NCBI GenBank assembly: GCA_030123645.1
Contig: JASJYE010000001.1
Location: 1 to 30,197 of the forward strand
Length of the DNA: 30,197 nucleotides
Source of the DNA: Candidatus Hydrogenedentota bacterium
Lineage (GTDB): Bacteria; Hydrogenedentota; Hydrogenedentia; Hydrogenedentales; GCA-2746185
Direction of reading: 5' to 3'
Of the stretch, positions 1 to 9,443 are shown piece after piece. The position numbers were made by a program, and so were the translations under genes. The notes below the pieces were generated by a model. The model was not told where the DNA came from. It did not search any database and worked only from the letters and a program-made list of their open reading frames with translations. Every line of letters begins with the position of its first letter. Position 1 is the stretch's first letter.

Positions 1-1235
1 TGATGGAAATGCAGGCTCTCGTCCAGGTAGGGATCCTTGAGCGGCACGAGCGGCCACCGGGCGAGCCCCTTGAGGATAACGAGCCCCACGGCGCCAATGG
101 CGCCTACAGTGATGCCGATTTCGGGAATGCCTAAGACGGGGGCGTCGGATGAAATGCTGGGAAATACTTGCAAATAGAGATCCAACCAGCGCCCGAGGAG
201 GACCACCACGGCGACTTTCACCATGAGGTCGTCGCTTCGCTTGACCCCTCTTGGCATAAGAATGATAAACGGCACGAGCCAGTTGAGGACGAGGTTGAAG
301 ACGAAGAGGGGCCCCCACATGCCGCTGACGCGAGTGATGAAATACTCGGTCTCCTCGGGGAGGTTTCCGTACCAAATGAGCAGATACTGGCTGATCCAGA
401 TGTATGCCCAGAAGATGCTGAAACCGAAGAGAAGCTTGCCGAGGTCGTGAAGGTGGTTTTCGTTCACGATGCCGCGCAAGACGCCTTGGCTTCGAAGCCA
501 CACGACGACGATAATGACGCCGGCGAGGGAACTCGTGCAAATGCCGGCAAAGTGGTAGACGCCGAAAATCGTGCTGAACCAGTGGGGCTCGAGGGACATG
601 AGCCAGTCAAAGCTGGACAGCCAGACCGTTAGGGCGAAGAACACCAGGAACGCGGCGGAAAGCGCGACGTTCTTGCGCGTGTGGCTCTGCTTGCCGTCGA
701 TATCTTGCTCGCGCGAATGACGGAGAATAACCGTGGCGAAGGCGATCCAGATGGCCACGTAGACGACGGCCCGGAACAGGAAGAACCCACGGTCCAGCCA
801 CATGGCCTTGAATCCGGTGAAATGGTCTCCCACCTCGCCAAATGCCGGGTAGAGCGAGGGCCGGAAGACGAGGACCAAGCCGATGCCGAGGGCGGCGATG
901 GGCAGCAACCCCGCGAAGGCCTCGGGGATTCTCCGTAATACGACGCCCCAGGCCGCGGTAGTGACATAGAGCGAGGCGACGAGAAAGAGGCCGCCGAGCG
1001 CCAGCCCAATCAGGTAGGTGCTGTTCATGAGCACGCTGCCCCACAGGCGTTGCGGCGCGAGGAAAAGTTCCACCACGAATACCACGGCCCCAATCGCGAC
1101 GAAGGCCTTGTACATGTCGAGCGTGCGTGCCGGCGGACTAAAGTTTCGAATCGAATCGGACGCCAAGCGTCGCGCCACATCGGATTCGTGACGGGCGTCT
1201 TTTCCGTCAAGGCTTTGTAAAGCTGTCTCGCTCAT
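1..1235 (-). CDS. actF: Alternative complex III membrane subunit ActF (3' end just outside window)
   Basis: Absent from the ORF track (no stop in window); translated by hand from ATG 1235, which overlaps the actE stop (ATGA): MSETALQSLD...; open to the window edge (>=411 codons). Contains FDWLMSLEPHWFSTIFG, HDLGKLLFGFSIFWAYIWISQYLLIWYGNLPEET and C-terminal PLKDPYLDESLHFH, typical of ActF; multi-TM. Confidence 0.93.
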   Translation of the reverse strand, partial: MSETALQSLDGKDARHESDVARRLASDSIRNFSPPARTLDMYKAFVAIGAVVFVVELFLAPQRLWGSVLMNSTYLIGLALGGLFLVASLYVTTAAWGVVLRRIPEAFAGLLPIAALGIGLVLVFRPSLYPAFGEVGDHFTGFKAMWLDRGFFLFRAVVYVAIWIAFATVILRHSREQDIDGKQSHTRKNVALSAAFLVFFALTVWLSSFDWLMSLEPHWFSTIFGVYHFAGICTSSLAGVIIVVVWLRSQGVLRGIVNENHLHDLGKLLFGFSIFWAYIWISQYLLIWYGNLPEETEYFITRVSGMWGPLFVFNLVLNWLVPFIILMPRGVKRSDDLMVKVAVVVLLGRWLDLYLQVFPSISSDAPVLGIPEIGITVGAIGAVGLVILKGLARWPLVPLKDPYLDESLHFH

Positions 1236-1888
1236 AATTGACTTTCTTCGCTCCCGGACGCGTTCTGATACGAGGCCGGACCTTCCGGCGCCGTCTCGTT
1301 GGCATTGCGCTCCAGTTTGGCCGCTTCTTTTTCTTGAAGGGACCGAATATGCAGGATAACTTTCCAGCGGTCCTCCGGGGAAACCTGGGCCGCATAGTCG
1401 GGCATGTTTCCCTGACCGTAGGTGATGACATGGAAGATCTGGCCATCCTTCATGTTCAAGCTGTTTTCGGCGAAAAGGGACGGCGGCGGCGGATACCCGC
1501 GTCTCGCCACCGGGCCGTCTCCCCGTCCGCCGGGCCCGTGACAGGGGATGCAGAAGGTGGCATAGACTTTCGCGCCTCTCTGCAAGAAGTCTGCCTCGGC
1601 GGTGAAGAGGTTTTGCAACTCGTTTCCCGCCCGCGCCGCGTCTTCGGGCGTTGCGGCGTAGTGCAGCGGCATGTGGCCCCGCGGAATGGTTCCAGGAATT
1701 GGCGCTTGCAGGGTCTTGCCGTCGGGAAAATGCTCGTTCACCGCGAAGGAATCGTATGGGATGGAGTAGAGCATTCCCGGCAAGAACTCGTAATTGGGCT
1801 CTTCCGTATTGCCTCCGATCATCCAACTCACTACGATGAGAACGACGATGCAGGCCGCCAACATAGGATTAAGAAACGATTTGAGCAT
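1232..1888 (-). CDS. actE: ACIII monohaem cytochrome c subunit ActE
   Basis: Single CIPCH motif, distal Met in GNMP, PIPGTIPRG motif, N-terminal hydrophobic anchor; lies between actD and actF with overlapping stop/start codons. Confidence 0.9.
   Translation of the reverse strand: MLKSFLNPMLAACIVVLIVVSWMIGGNTEEPNYEFLPGMLYSIPYDSFAVNEHFPDGKTLQAPIPGTIPRGHMPLHYAATPEDAARAGNELQNLFTAEADFLQRGAKVYATFCIPCHGPGGRGDGPVARRGYPPPPSLFAENSLNMKDGQIFHVITYGQGNMPDYAAQVSPEDRWKVILHIRSLQEKEAAKLERNANETAPEGPASYQNASGSEESQL
1269..1288 (+). repeat. 20-bp CCGG-N5-CCGG repeat, copy in actE tail
   Basis: TACGAGGCCGGACCTTCCGG, 18/20 to TACGAGACCGGACGTTCCGG. Confidence 0.75.
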
Positions 1889-2415
1889 CAGTCGGTCTCC
1901 ACTTCGCGCTCTTCGATGTGAACTGCGTTAAAGCGTTCGCAAAGCTGTCTTACTTCGCCGGGATCGAAGGTGGCGTCGGATTCTTCGAGCAACAACGCGA
2001 AGCGGTCGTTGGTGATGCCGTCAAAGGGCAGATCGGCCTCTTTGCCCGGCCACAGCCGCGCGCGCGCGAACAGGACAATGACGGTGCCCACGCCCGCGAA
2101 AAGGACGGCGAGTTCGAAAATGACGGGCACAAAAGCCGGAAGCGAATTCCAGGGCTTTCCGCCGACGTTGATGGGCCAGCTAACGGCCGAGGTCCAAAAG
2201 GCGAACCACGTCATGAACGTGGCCCCCGTCAACCCGAGCAGGAAGGCCACGATGGGCAGCCGCGACGTACGGAACCCGACGATGCGCTCCAGGCCGTGGA
2301 TGGCGTAGGGACTGAACACGTCGACGATGGTGAGGCCCTTTTGGCGGGCGGCCCCGACAACGCCGAGGATGTCTTCCTCGTGCTCGTAGACACTCATGAA
2401 TATGCGGCGGTTCAT
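1888..2415 (-). CDS. actD: ACIII subunit ActD (DUF3341)
   Basis: FSPYAIHGL, two TM helices around WPINVGGKP, PAFVPVIFELAVL, terminal D-RF-L motif; position after actC. Confidence 0.92.
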   Translation of the reverse strand: MNRRIFMSVYEHEEDILGVVGAARQKGLTIVDVFSPYAIHGLERIVGFRTSRLPIVAFLLGLTGATFMTWFAFWTSAVSWPINVGGKPWNSLPAFVPVIFELAVLFAGVGTVIVLFARARLWPGKEADLPFDGITNDRFALLLEESDATFDPGEVRQLCERFNAVHIEEREVETD

Positions 2416-2431
2416 GCCTGTGCTCCTTCGG

Positions 2432-3871
2432 TTACGAGACCGGACGTTCCGGCTGGCTGCCTATCGACGCGAGCTCTTCTTCGCCTTTCTCCGGCGTCGC
2501 TGAATCCGCCTTCGGGCGCGGCGGGCGCCCGTAACTCAGAACGCCTTTGAGCTCGGACATGGCGAGGACCGGCAGGAATCGGCAGAACAACAGGAAGGCG
2601 GTAAAAAACAACCCGAACGATCCCATAAGGGTGAGAATCTCGATGATGGTCGGCGAGTAGCCGGCCCAACTCGAGGGCAGGAAATCGCGGTGAAGCGAGG
2701 TCACGATAAGGACGAAACGCTCGAACCACATGCCAATATTGATGACGATTGATATGGCGAAAACGAAGCCAAGGTTGGTGCGCAACTTCTTGAACCAGAA
2801 CAACTGCGGGGAGATGACGTTGCAGGCGATCATGGTCCAGTAGGCCCAGGCAAAGGGCCCCAGTGCGCGGTTCTTGAACACGAAGGCCTCGTAGGGGTTC
2901 CCCGAATACGCCGCGGTAAAGAACTCGGTCAGATACGCCAAACCCACCAGACTGCCCGTCAGGATAATGATTTTACACATGGCTTCGACGTGGCGCACGG
3001 TGAAGTAGTTCTCGAGGGCCATGACCTTGCGTGCGATGAGCATGAGCGTGAGCACCATGGCGAAACCGGAGAAAATGGCCCCGGCGACGAAGTACGGCGG
3101 GAAGATGGTCGTGTGCCAACCAGGAAGGATGGTCGCGGCAAAGTCCATGCTCACGATGGAGTGCACCGACAGGACCAAGGGCGTCGCCAAACCGGCCAGC
3201 ATGAGATAGACGACCTCGTAACGAACCCAAGTGCGGTACGACCCGTTCCATCCGAGGCTGAAGAAGCCGAAGATCTTTCGTCTCAGGCCGCGGGCGCGGT
3301 CGCGGATGGTGGCGAGGTCGGGGATGAGGCCCAGGTACCAGAAAACGAAGCTGATGGTGAAATAGGTCGAGATCGCGAAGGCGTCCCACACCAGAGGCGA
3401 CCGGAAGTTAATCCACAGCGGGCCCCTGAAGTTGGGATAGGGAATGTTGTAGAAGAAGAGCCACCACCGCCCCATGTGGATGAAGGGGAAGAGGGCCGCG
3501 CAGATGACCGCGAACAGGGTCATCGCTTCGGCGGCGCGGTTGATGGAGGTGCGCCAGCGCTGGCGGAAAATGAATAGGACGGCGGAGATGAGGGTGCCCG
3601 CGTGGCCGATCCCGATCCAGAACACGAAGTTGGTGATATCGAAGGCCCAGCCGACGGTTTTGTTGAGGCCCCACGTTCCGATCCCCGTCGCCATCTGATA
3701 GATCACGGCGATAACGCCTATGCCGAGCACGGTGGAAGAGGTTGCAAAGGCCATCCACCATAAGCGAGTGGGTTTCCCCTCAATAATTCCACAGACCTCG
3801 TCGGTCACGTCCGAGAGCGCCTTGTTCCCCAGGATTAGGGGTTCGCGCATGTTGGTATGATGGTCAGGCAT
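2432..3871 (-). CDS. actC: ACIII quinol-binding NrfD/PsrC-family subunit ActC
   Basis: [69 protein letters not shown]; about 10 TM helices. Confidence 0.96.
   Translation of the reverse strand: MPDHHTNMREPLILGNKALSDVTDEVCGIIEGKPTRLWWMAFATSSTVLGIGVIAVIYQMATGIGTWGLNKTVGWAFDITNFVFWIGIGHAGTLISAVLFIFRQRWRTSINRAAEAMTLFAVICAALFPFIHMGRWWLFFYNIPYPNFRGPLWINFRSPLVWDAFAISTYFTISFVFWYLGLIPDLATIRDRARGLRRKIFGFFSLGWNGSYRTWVRYEVVYLMLAGLATPLVLSVHSIVSMDFAATILPGWHTTIFPPYFVAGAIFSGFAMVLTLMLIARKVMALENYFTVRHVEAMCKIIILTGSLVGLAYLTEFFTAAYSGNPYEAFVFKNRALGPFAWAYWTMIACNVISPQLFWFKKLRTNLGFVFAISIVINIGMWFERFVLIVTSLHRDFLPSSWAGYSPTIIEILTLMGSFGLFFTAFLLFCRFLPVLAMSELKGVLSYGRPPRPKADSATPEKGEEELASIGSQPERPVS
2433..2452 (+). repeat. 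20-bp repeat, copy at actC 3' end
   Basis: TACGAGACCGGACGTTCCGG, identical to 5031-5050 and 5600-5619; encodes PERPVS and part of the TAA stop. Confidence 0.9.
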
Positions 3872-6800
3872 GGTGCTCTGTTCCTTCTCCCTCGCCGGTC
3901 TCCCGAGCCCGATTGCGCACGAGGGTGAGGTAGCCTACGGAAGGCCGTACGTTGAGTTCTTCGAGAACCTTGTAGTGGCGAGGACTCGCGAGAAGTCTTG
4001 CGATCTTAGAGTCGGGATCGTTCATATCGCCCATGACGAGGGCTTGCGCCGGGCAGGACTGTTGACACGCGGGTTGGACGCTTTCGTCCGACACTTTCAC
4101 GCCTTTGCGCCTCGCTTCGAACTTGGCCTCCTGAAGACGCTGGACGCAAAACGAGCACTTCTCCATCACGCCGCGGTCGCGCACGACTACGTCGGGATTC
4201 AGCGCCATGTTCTCCAGGGGATCGCGATTCTTGTTGTAGTTGAACCAGTTGAAGCGCCGCACCTTATACGCGCAGTTGTTCGCGCAGTAGCGCGTGCCCA
4301 CACAGCGGTTGTAGGCCTGCGCGTTCAGGCCTTCTTCCGTATGCACCGTGGCCAGCACCGGGCAAACGTTCTCGCAGGGGGCGTTGTCGCACTGCTGGCA
4401 CATCATGGGCTGGTGAAACACGTCCACGTCGTCGCCTTCCCCGGAGTAGTAACGGTCGATCCGCATCCAATGCATGTCACGGCGGCGGCGGACCTCGTCT
4501 TTGCCCACGACGGGAATGTTGTTCTCGGCCTGGCACGCGATGACACAAGCGCTACAGCCCGTGCACGCGCTGAGATCGACGGCCATGCCCCAGTGATGCC
4601 CCTTGTAGAGGTGATCCTCCGGATAGAGATCCTCGTCAAGGACGAGCGGGTGGAAGCGGCCCGACGACGGGTCTTCCTCGTAGGCGGCCAGTGTCGTTTC
4701 CTGAATAATTTCGCGGCGAAGGCCACCCGCCGGAGCGATATGTTCCGGCACGGTGATAAGGTGATAAGTTTGCGTGCACGCCAGCGGATGTTTCCGGCGC
4801 GTCTTCGCGATCTTGACGCCACTGCGTTCGAATCGCAACGCGCCGTCCTCTAGCGCAAGGAGCGGAGCGGCGTTCGCGCCTACCAGGCCGTCTTTGCCTA
4901 CGCTCGGCCGGGCCTGTATCCACGCCGGGCCGATGTCGGAGAAGCGGCGGGACACCGCGCCGCCGTAACCTAGCGCCACGGACACGACACGGTCGTGTTG
5001 CCCGGGCTGGACGTACACGGGAAGTTCCAATACGAGACCGGACGTTCCGGCGTCGCCGTCGCCGCCGGCGTCGATTCGAATCACGTCTCCTTCGACCACG
5101 CCGAGTTGGTCGGCAGCGGCCACGGAGAGATTCGCGTAATTGTCCCACGTTACCTTGCTGATCGGATCAGGCAGTTCCTGCAGCCACGGGTTGTAGGCGT
5201 GGCGTCCGTCGCCCAGACTGACCTTGGGGTAGAGGACAAGGGTATACGCCGACTCGTCCGATGCGTCGGCGCTGGTGATGAGGCTGACCGCGCTTTCATT
5301 GAAGCTTCGGGCCGGCAGCGGCGCGGACTCGATGGTCGCATATCCGTCGTGAAGCGACTTGTCCCAGAAGGCCACGAACGACGCGCTGCCGCTGCTCGCG
5401 GGATAGACTTCGCGCTCCCAGCGCTGCCGGAGCGCGTCGTAGGCCGATTGCGGCGCGCCTGACCACGTATTGAGGCTCTCAATCAACGCACGCGAATTGT
5501 TAAGCGGGCGGATCACGGGCTGCATAAGGCTGACGCGGCCATGGACCGCTTCCGCGTCGCCCCAGGATTCGAGGAAGTTATGGTCGGGGCACACGTACTT
5601 ACGAGACCGGACGTTCCGGGCGCGGGCGCTCGTTTCGTCGGGCCGCTCCGCAAAACTCACGACGAGGCCAACGCGGTCCAGGGCCTCGCCCATGGCCGCG
5701 CCGCCCGGAAGGTCGTAAACCGGATTGGCGCCGGCCACAAAGACGGCGTCGATCTCTCCTGCCTGGATTTCCTCAAGAAACTCGGCCAACTCGGCATCGT
5801 TTCCTTGTTTCTGATAGGAGGGTCGCTCGATGTCGACGGTTTCTCCGTAGTTTTCCAATAGATGATTCAGGTAGTTGCACAAGATCTGATGCTGAACATC
5901 TTGACTGCCGCAAATGACCAGACTGCGGCCTTTGGCACGCCAGAGTTCCTCGGCCAGCTCCTTGAGGACCACATCCGATACCGGAGGCTCTTCGAATCCC
6001 GAATACCAAACCGGTGGTTCCGGTGCCTCGACGCCGGTTCCCGCCATGCGGGCCACGCGCGCGGCCAAGTGGCTGAGGACCAGCCCTAGTTCCTCCGGCG
6101 CGATGCGGTAACGGTTGTCGGCGTTGGAGCCTGTGAGAGTCATGCGAGACTCGAATTGCACGTGCCGGGAGAAATGACCGGAACCACCGCTTTGGTATAT
6201 GGAATCGCCATCGAGAACGCGGCCCGCGCGGTAGCCTGCGGTATACCCGACGGGGTCGATCCAAGTTCCAAGGAAATCGGCATCGAAGCCGGCAATCACC
6301 TGGGCCTTTGAGAAGTCATAGTGCGGCAAGACGCGCAGACCGTGGGTCTTCTCGTGGGCATCGAGAATCGCCGAGGAGGACAATGCGTCGTATGTGATGT
6401 GCTTTGCGTCCGAAAAGGTATCGAGGAAGCGCGCGATGGCCGCCCGGGTCGTCGGACTGACCACGGTGCCGGTCACGAAACGCACGGAACCGCCCGTGCT
6501 GCGCAGCCCTTCAAGCGACGCCGTCAGGGATTGGTCGATTTCCTCCCAGGTTGCGTCTAGCAAAGCGGAGGTTCCGGCGTCGCCGACTTTAGGGCCCGCG
6601 TACCGGTGGCTGTCGTACAGACCCAGGAGCGCGGCCTGTCCTTTCGCGCACAGGCCGCCTTTGGAAAGGGGATGGCCCGGATTGCCCTCGAGCTTGATAG
6701 GCCGTCCGTCGCGGCTCTTTATCAGCGCACCGCAGGCCGACTCGCACGCGCCGCAAACCGAGGCGTAATAGACGGCGCGTCCAGCCACCACGCCCTCGGG

Positions 6801-7031
6801 CTGAATAATATGCGGAAACGCGTTCCGAATCGGCGCCCTGCTGCAGCCGGCCGCGGCCACGGCGCCCGCGATGGTGAAACCCGCCGCTTTGAGAAAGCTT
6901 CGACGGTCGACGTGACCAGGCGGCTCTTCCATCCATTGCGAAAGGTCGTGCTCATCCGAGGTGGGCGCGCTCGCGCCATCCTTGGGTGGCCGCGAACTCT
7001 GCCAATACTGCTTTGTAGATTCCTTCGACAT
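3864..7031 (-). CDS. actB: ACIII subunit ActB (molybdopterin-oxidoreductase-like domain fused to NrfC-like Fe-S domain)
   Basis: Tat signal DRRSFLK followed by lipobox AAGC; [16 protein letters not shown]; C-terminal Fe-S motifs [40 protein letters not shown]...CQQSCP; 1055 aa. Confidence 0.95.
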   Translation of the reverse strand: MSKESTKQYWQSSRPPKDGASAPTSDEHDLSQWMEEPPGHVDRRSFLKAAGFTIAGAVAAAGCSRAPIRNAFPHIIQPEGVVAGRAVYYASVCGACESACGALIKSRDGRPIKLEGNPGHPLSKGGLCAKGQAALLGLYDSHRYAGPKVGDAGTSALLDATWEEIDQSLTASLEGLRSTGGSVRFVTGTVVSPTTRAAIARFLDTFSDAKHITYDALSSSAILDAHEKTHGLRVLPHYDFSKAQVIAGFDADFLGTWIDPVGYTAGYRAGRVLDGDSIYQSGGSGHFSRHVQFESRMTLTGSNADNRYRIAPEELGLVLSHLAARVARMAGTGVEAPEPPVWYSGFEEPPVSDVVLKELAEELWRAKGRSLVICGSQDVQHQILCNYLNHLLENYGETVDIERPSYQKQGNDAELAEFLEEIQAGEIDAVFVAGANPVYDLPGGAAMGEALDRVGLVVSFAERPDETSARARNVRSRKYVCPDHNFLESWGDAEAVHGRVSLMQPVIRPLNNSRALIESLNTWSGAPQSAYDALRQRWEREVYPASSGSASFVAFWDKSLHDGYATIESAPLPARSFNESAVSLITSADASDESAYTLVLYPKVSLGDGRHAYNPWLQELPDPISKVTWDNYANLSVAAADQLGVVEGDVIRIDAGGDGDAGTSGLVLELPVYVQPGQHDRVVSVALGYGGAVSRRFSDIGPAWIQARPSVGKDGLVGANAAPLLALEDGALRFERSGVKIAKTRRKHPLACTQTYHLITVPEHIAPAGGLRREIIQETTLAAYEEDPSSGRFHPLVLDEDLYPEDHLYKGHHWGMAVDLSACTGCSACVIACQAENNIPVVGKDEVRRRRDMHWMRIDRYYSGEGDDVDVFHQPMMCQQCDNAPCENVCPVLATVHTEEGLNAQAYNRCVGTRYCANNCAYKVRRFNWFNYNKNRDPLENMALNPDVVVRDRGVMEKCSFCVQRLQEAKFEARRKGVKVSDESVQPACQQSCPAQALVMGDMNDPDSKIARLLASPRHYKVLEELNVRPSVGYLTLVRNRARETGEGEGTEHHA
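5031..5050 (+). repeat. 20-bp repeat, copy in actB
   Basis: TACGAGACCGGACGTTCCGG; read as AGTSGLV. Confidence 0.9.
5600..5619 (+). repeat. 20-bp repeat, copy in actB
   Basis: TACGAGACCGGACGTTCCGG; read as ARNVRSRK. Confidence 0.9.
6004..6023 (+). repeat. 20-bp repeat variant, copy in actB
   Basis: TACCAAACCGGTGGTTCCGG (16/20 to the main variant); exact reverse complement of 30170-30189; read as PEPPVWY. Confidence 0.85.
6178..6197 (-). repeat. 20-bp repeat variant, inverted copy in actB
   Basis: CCGGAACCACCGCTTTGGTA, 19/20 to the reverse complement of 6004-6023; read as YQSGGSG. Confidence 0.85.
6558..6577 (+). repeat. 20-bp repeat variant, copy in actB
   Basis: TAGCAAAGCGGAGGTTCCGG, 18/20 to the reverse complement of the 6178 copy; read as AGTSALL. 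Confidence 0.7.
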
Positions 7032-7054
7032 TCTTCGCCGATGCTCCTATATCG

Positions 7055-7738
7055 CTAATAGTGGCACGTGGTGCAATCTATTGGAGCGTGGACCGGCTTG
7101 GCATTCACGCCGATCTCACTGTATTTACGATGGCAATTGACACACCAGCCCATGGCGAGCGTTTCCACCTGACGAATGCGCTCCATCGTCTCGACGTTGC
7201 CGTGACACTTCTGGCATTCCAAGCCCACGTTCACGTGGGGGCGGTGATCGAAATAGACGAAGTCGGGGAGATTGTGGACCTTGACCCAAGGCATGGGTTC
7301 CATAGAATCCGCCTTGGCCGGCGTGACCTCCAAGGGATTCCAGGCGGCGATGGCCTCGGCCCCCTCGAGACCGAGCGTGGCATAGAGCTTCTGGAGTTCA
7401 TCGGAAATGACCGGCTGCACCGGCCGGTCCTCTTCGGTCGCGGTGCGGTCTTCGGCCTGCATGGCGCCGAAGGTCGAGGTGACGAACTTGTGGCAGTTCA
7501 TGCAGACGCTGGTGGCCGGGATGCCCGCGTGGCGGCTGGTCTCAGCGCCGGAGTGGCAGTACTGGCAATCGATGCTCATCTCCCCCGCGTGAAGCCGGTG
7601 CGAAAAGGCGAGGGGTTGTGTTGGCGCATAATCCTGGTGGTTTCCCACGAGATGAAAGGATTGCGCCCTGATGGTGACGCCGAGGACGCCCAAGGCCACG
7701 CCGGTAAGTAGAAGATAAGTCCAGATTTCTTTGGTCAT
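7055..7738 (-). CDS. actA: ACIII pentahaem cytochrome c subunit ActA
   Basis: Five CxxCH motifs (CQYCH, CMNCH, CQKCH, CVNCH, CTTCH), FSHRLHAG, LPDFVYFDH, one N-terminal TM. ATG 7738 preferred over TTG 7753 because GAGG lies upstream of it. Confidence 0.94.
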   Translation of the reverse strand: MTKEIWTYLLLTGVALGVLGVTIRAQSFHLVGNHQDYAPTQPLAFSHRLHAGEMSIDCQYCHSGAETSRHAGIPATSVCMNCHKFVTSTFGAMQAEDRTATEEDRPVQPVISDELQKLYATLGLEGAEAIAAWNPLEVTPAKADSMEPMPWVKVHNLPDFVYFDHRPHVNVGLECQKCHGNVETMERIRQVETLAMGWCVNCHRKYSEIGVNAKPVHAPIDCTTCHY

Positions 7739-7746
7739 GACAACCC

Positions 7747-9360
7747 TCAGCAACTAATTTCCGCGTTCTTGCGGGCGTAGTACCACCAGTTGAGCGCGAG
7801 ACACGTCAGGTAGTAGACAGCGAATCCGTAGAGCGCGTACTGCGGCGTACCGGCTTCGATTTGCGTAGCAAAGATCTTGGGAATCAGAAAAGCGCCGTAA
7901 GCCGCCACCGCCGAGGTCCACCCAAGAACCGGCCCGGCCTGCTTACTGTCGAAAATAACGGCGATCATGCGGAAGGTCGAACCGTTCCCGATTCCCGTCG
8001 TGGCGAAGAGCAAAATGAACAGCCCAAGGAAGGGCAGAAAATACTTCTCAGGGGTTAGCGACACGTTCGCCAAGGCCACGACATATCCGCACGCCACCGC
8101 GGCGCCGATCATGACGATCGTGTCCCAATGGGTCACGCGCGCCCCCCCAAGCTTGTCGGAAAGTAAGCCGCCCAGAGGCCGGATGGCCGCTCCCATGGCC
8201 GCACCCAGGAAGGCGAACTTGAGGATGTCCGGCGCGTTGGGATTAACGATGGCTTCGGCGAGTTCCAGGCCGTTTTCGTCCACGCGGATGTAACCGAAGA
8301 CGTCCTTCAGGAGTTTCGGAAACGCGTTGGAGAACCCGATGAACGATCCGAAGGTCATCACATAGAGATAGGTCATGATCCAGTTGTGCTTGTTGCCGAA
8401 GATGGCGAACTGGCCGACGAGGTTGTCTTTCGTCTCTTTCGGCGTCAGGAAACGCATGAAGAACAGCGTGCAACAAATCGCGATGATGAGGATCACGAAT
8501 ATCTTTATCAACTCGGGGAATCCGCCCCACGGCACTATCAGCAAGGCGATGGCGATGGTGGCGCCCATGTAGCCCAGCAGTTCCAGCCACAGGTACTTGC
8601 CCACGGCCACGGACGTGGGCCCGCACTTGTGCTGGGGCAGGTTGTTCATGAACATCCACGCCAGGACGCAGAAGAACGCTAGGACCGGCACCCAGATAAG
8701 CCCCGCGTTGTGAATGTAGATTTCTTTGTCCCCCAGCGACCGGGGGTCGCCGCCGAAGATCCCGACGGTGATGATGAAGGGGATTGTCAATTGCATCACG
8801 GCGACGCCGAGATTCCCCAGGCCCGCGTTCAGACCGAGCGAGAGCCCCTGAACGCGTTTGGGGAAAAAGAAGCTGATGTTGGACATGGAGGACGCGAAGG
8901 CGCCGCCGCCAATGCCGGACAAGGCCGCCAGCATGATGAACACCAGAAACGGCGTGTCGGGATTCCTCAGCGCCAGCCCCGTCCCCAACGCGGGCAGAAT
9001 CAGCAGCAGCGTCGTCATGCCCTTGACATTGCGCCCTCCGCAGATGGCGATCATGAAGGAATTCGGGATGCGCGTCGTAGCGCCCGCGAGCCCCGCAACG
9101 GCCGGCAGGGTATAAAGCAACGCCTTGTACGCCGCTCCCGTGATCGCTTCGCCGCCGTTCCCGAATGAGAATGCGAACAAACTGCCGTCCACGTCATGGA
9201 GGCCCTGCATCAGGCCGACGATTACGCCCCAATAAATCCAGACGGCAAAGGCAAGCAGCAGGTTCGGGATGGAAATCCAGAGGTTACGGTACGCCACCGA
9301 TTTCCCTGTTTCTTCCCAGAACTGTTCGTCCTCTGGGTCCCACCGTTCAGGTGCTTTCAT
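7747..9360 (-). CDS. narK: NarK2-type nitrate/nitrite MFS transporter
   Basis: FWEETGKSVAYRNLWISIPNLLLAFAVW; nitrate signatures GIGGGAFASSM and GIGNGSTF; conserved Args (TTRIP, AIRPLGG). Confidence 0.92.
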   Translation of the reverse strand: MKAPERWDPEDEQFWEETGKSVAYRNLWISIPNLLLAFAVWIYWGVIVGLMQGLHDVDGSLFAFSFGNGGEAITGAAYKALLYTLPAVAGLAGATTRIPNSFMIAICGGRNVKGMTTLLLILPALGTGLALRNPDTPFLVFIMLAALSGIGGGAFASSMSNISFFFPKRVQGLSLGLNAGLGNLGVAVMQLTIPFIITVGIFGGDPRSLGDKEIYIHNAGLIWVPVLAFFCVLAWMFMNNLPQHKCGPTSVAVGKYLWLELLGYMGATIAIALLIVPWGGFPELIKIFVILIIAICCTLFFMRFLTPKETKDNLVGQFAIFGNKHNWIMTYLYVMTFGSFIGFSNAFPKLLKDVFGYIRVDENGLELAEAIVNPNAPDILKFAFLGAAMGAAIRPLGGLLSDKLGGARVTHWDTIVMIGAAVACGYVVALANVSLTPEKYFLPFLGLFILLFATTGIGNGSTFRMIAVIFDSKQAGPVLGWTSAVAAYGAFLIPKIFATQIEAGTPQYALYGFAVYYLTCLALNWWYYARKNAEISC

Positions 9361-9443
9361 CGTGTTTTCCGCTCTTCGGTTTTACTTCGATCCACATTAG
9401 ACTGCTTACACGCCCACATTTCCCGCGATTTTTCTCATTCCCT

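Noticed and set aside
1269-6577. CRISPR array interpretation of the 20-bp repeats
   Set aside because: Spacing is irregular (hundreds to thousands of bp), orientation is mixed, copies are embedded in intact genes, and there are no cas genes.
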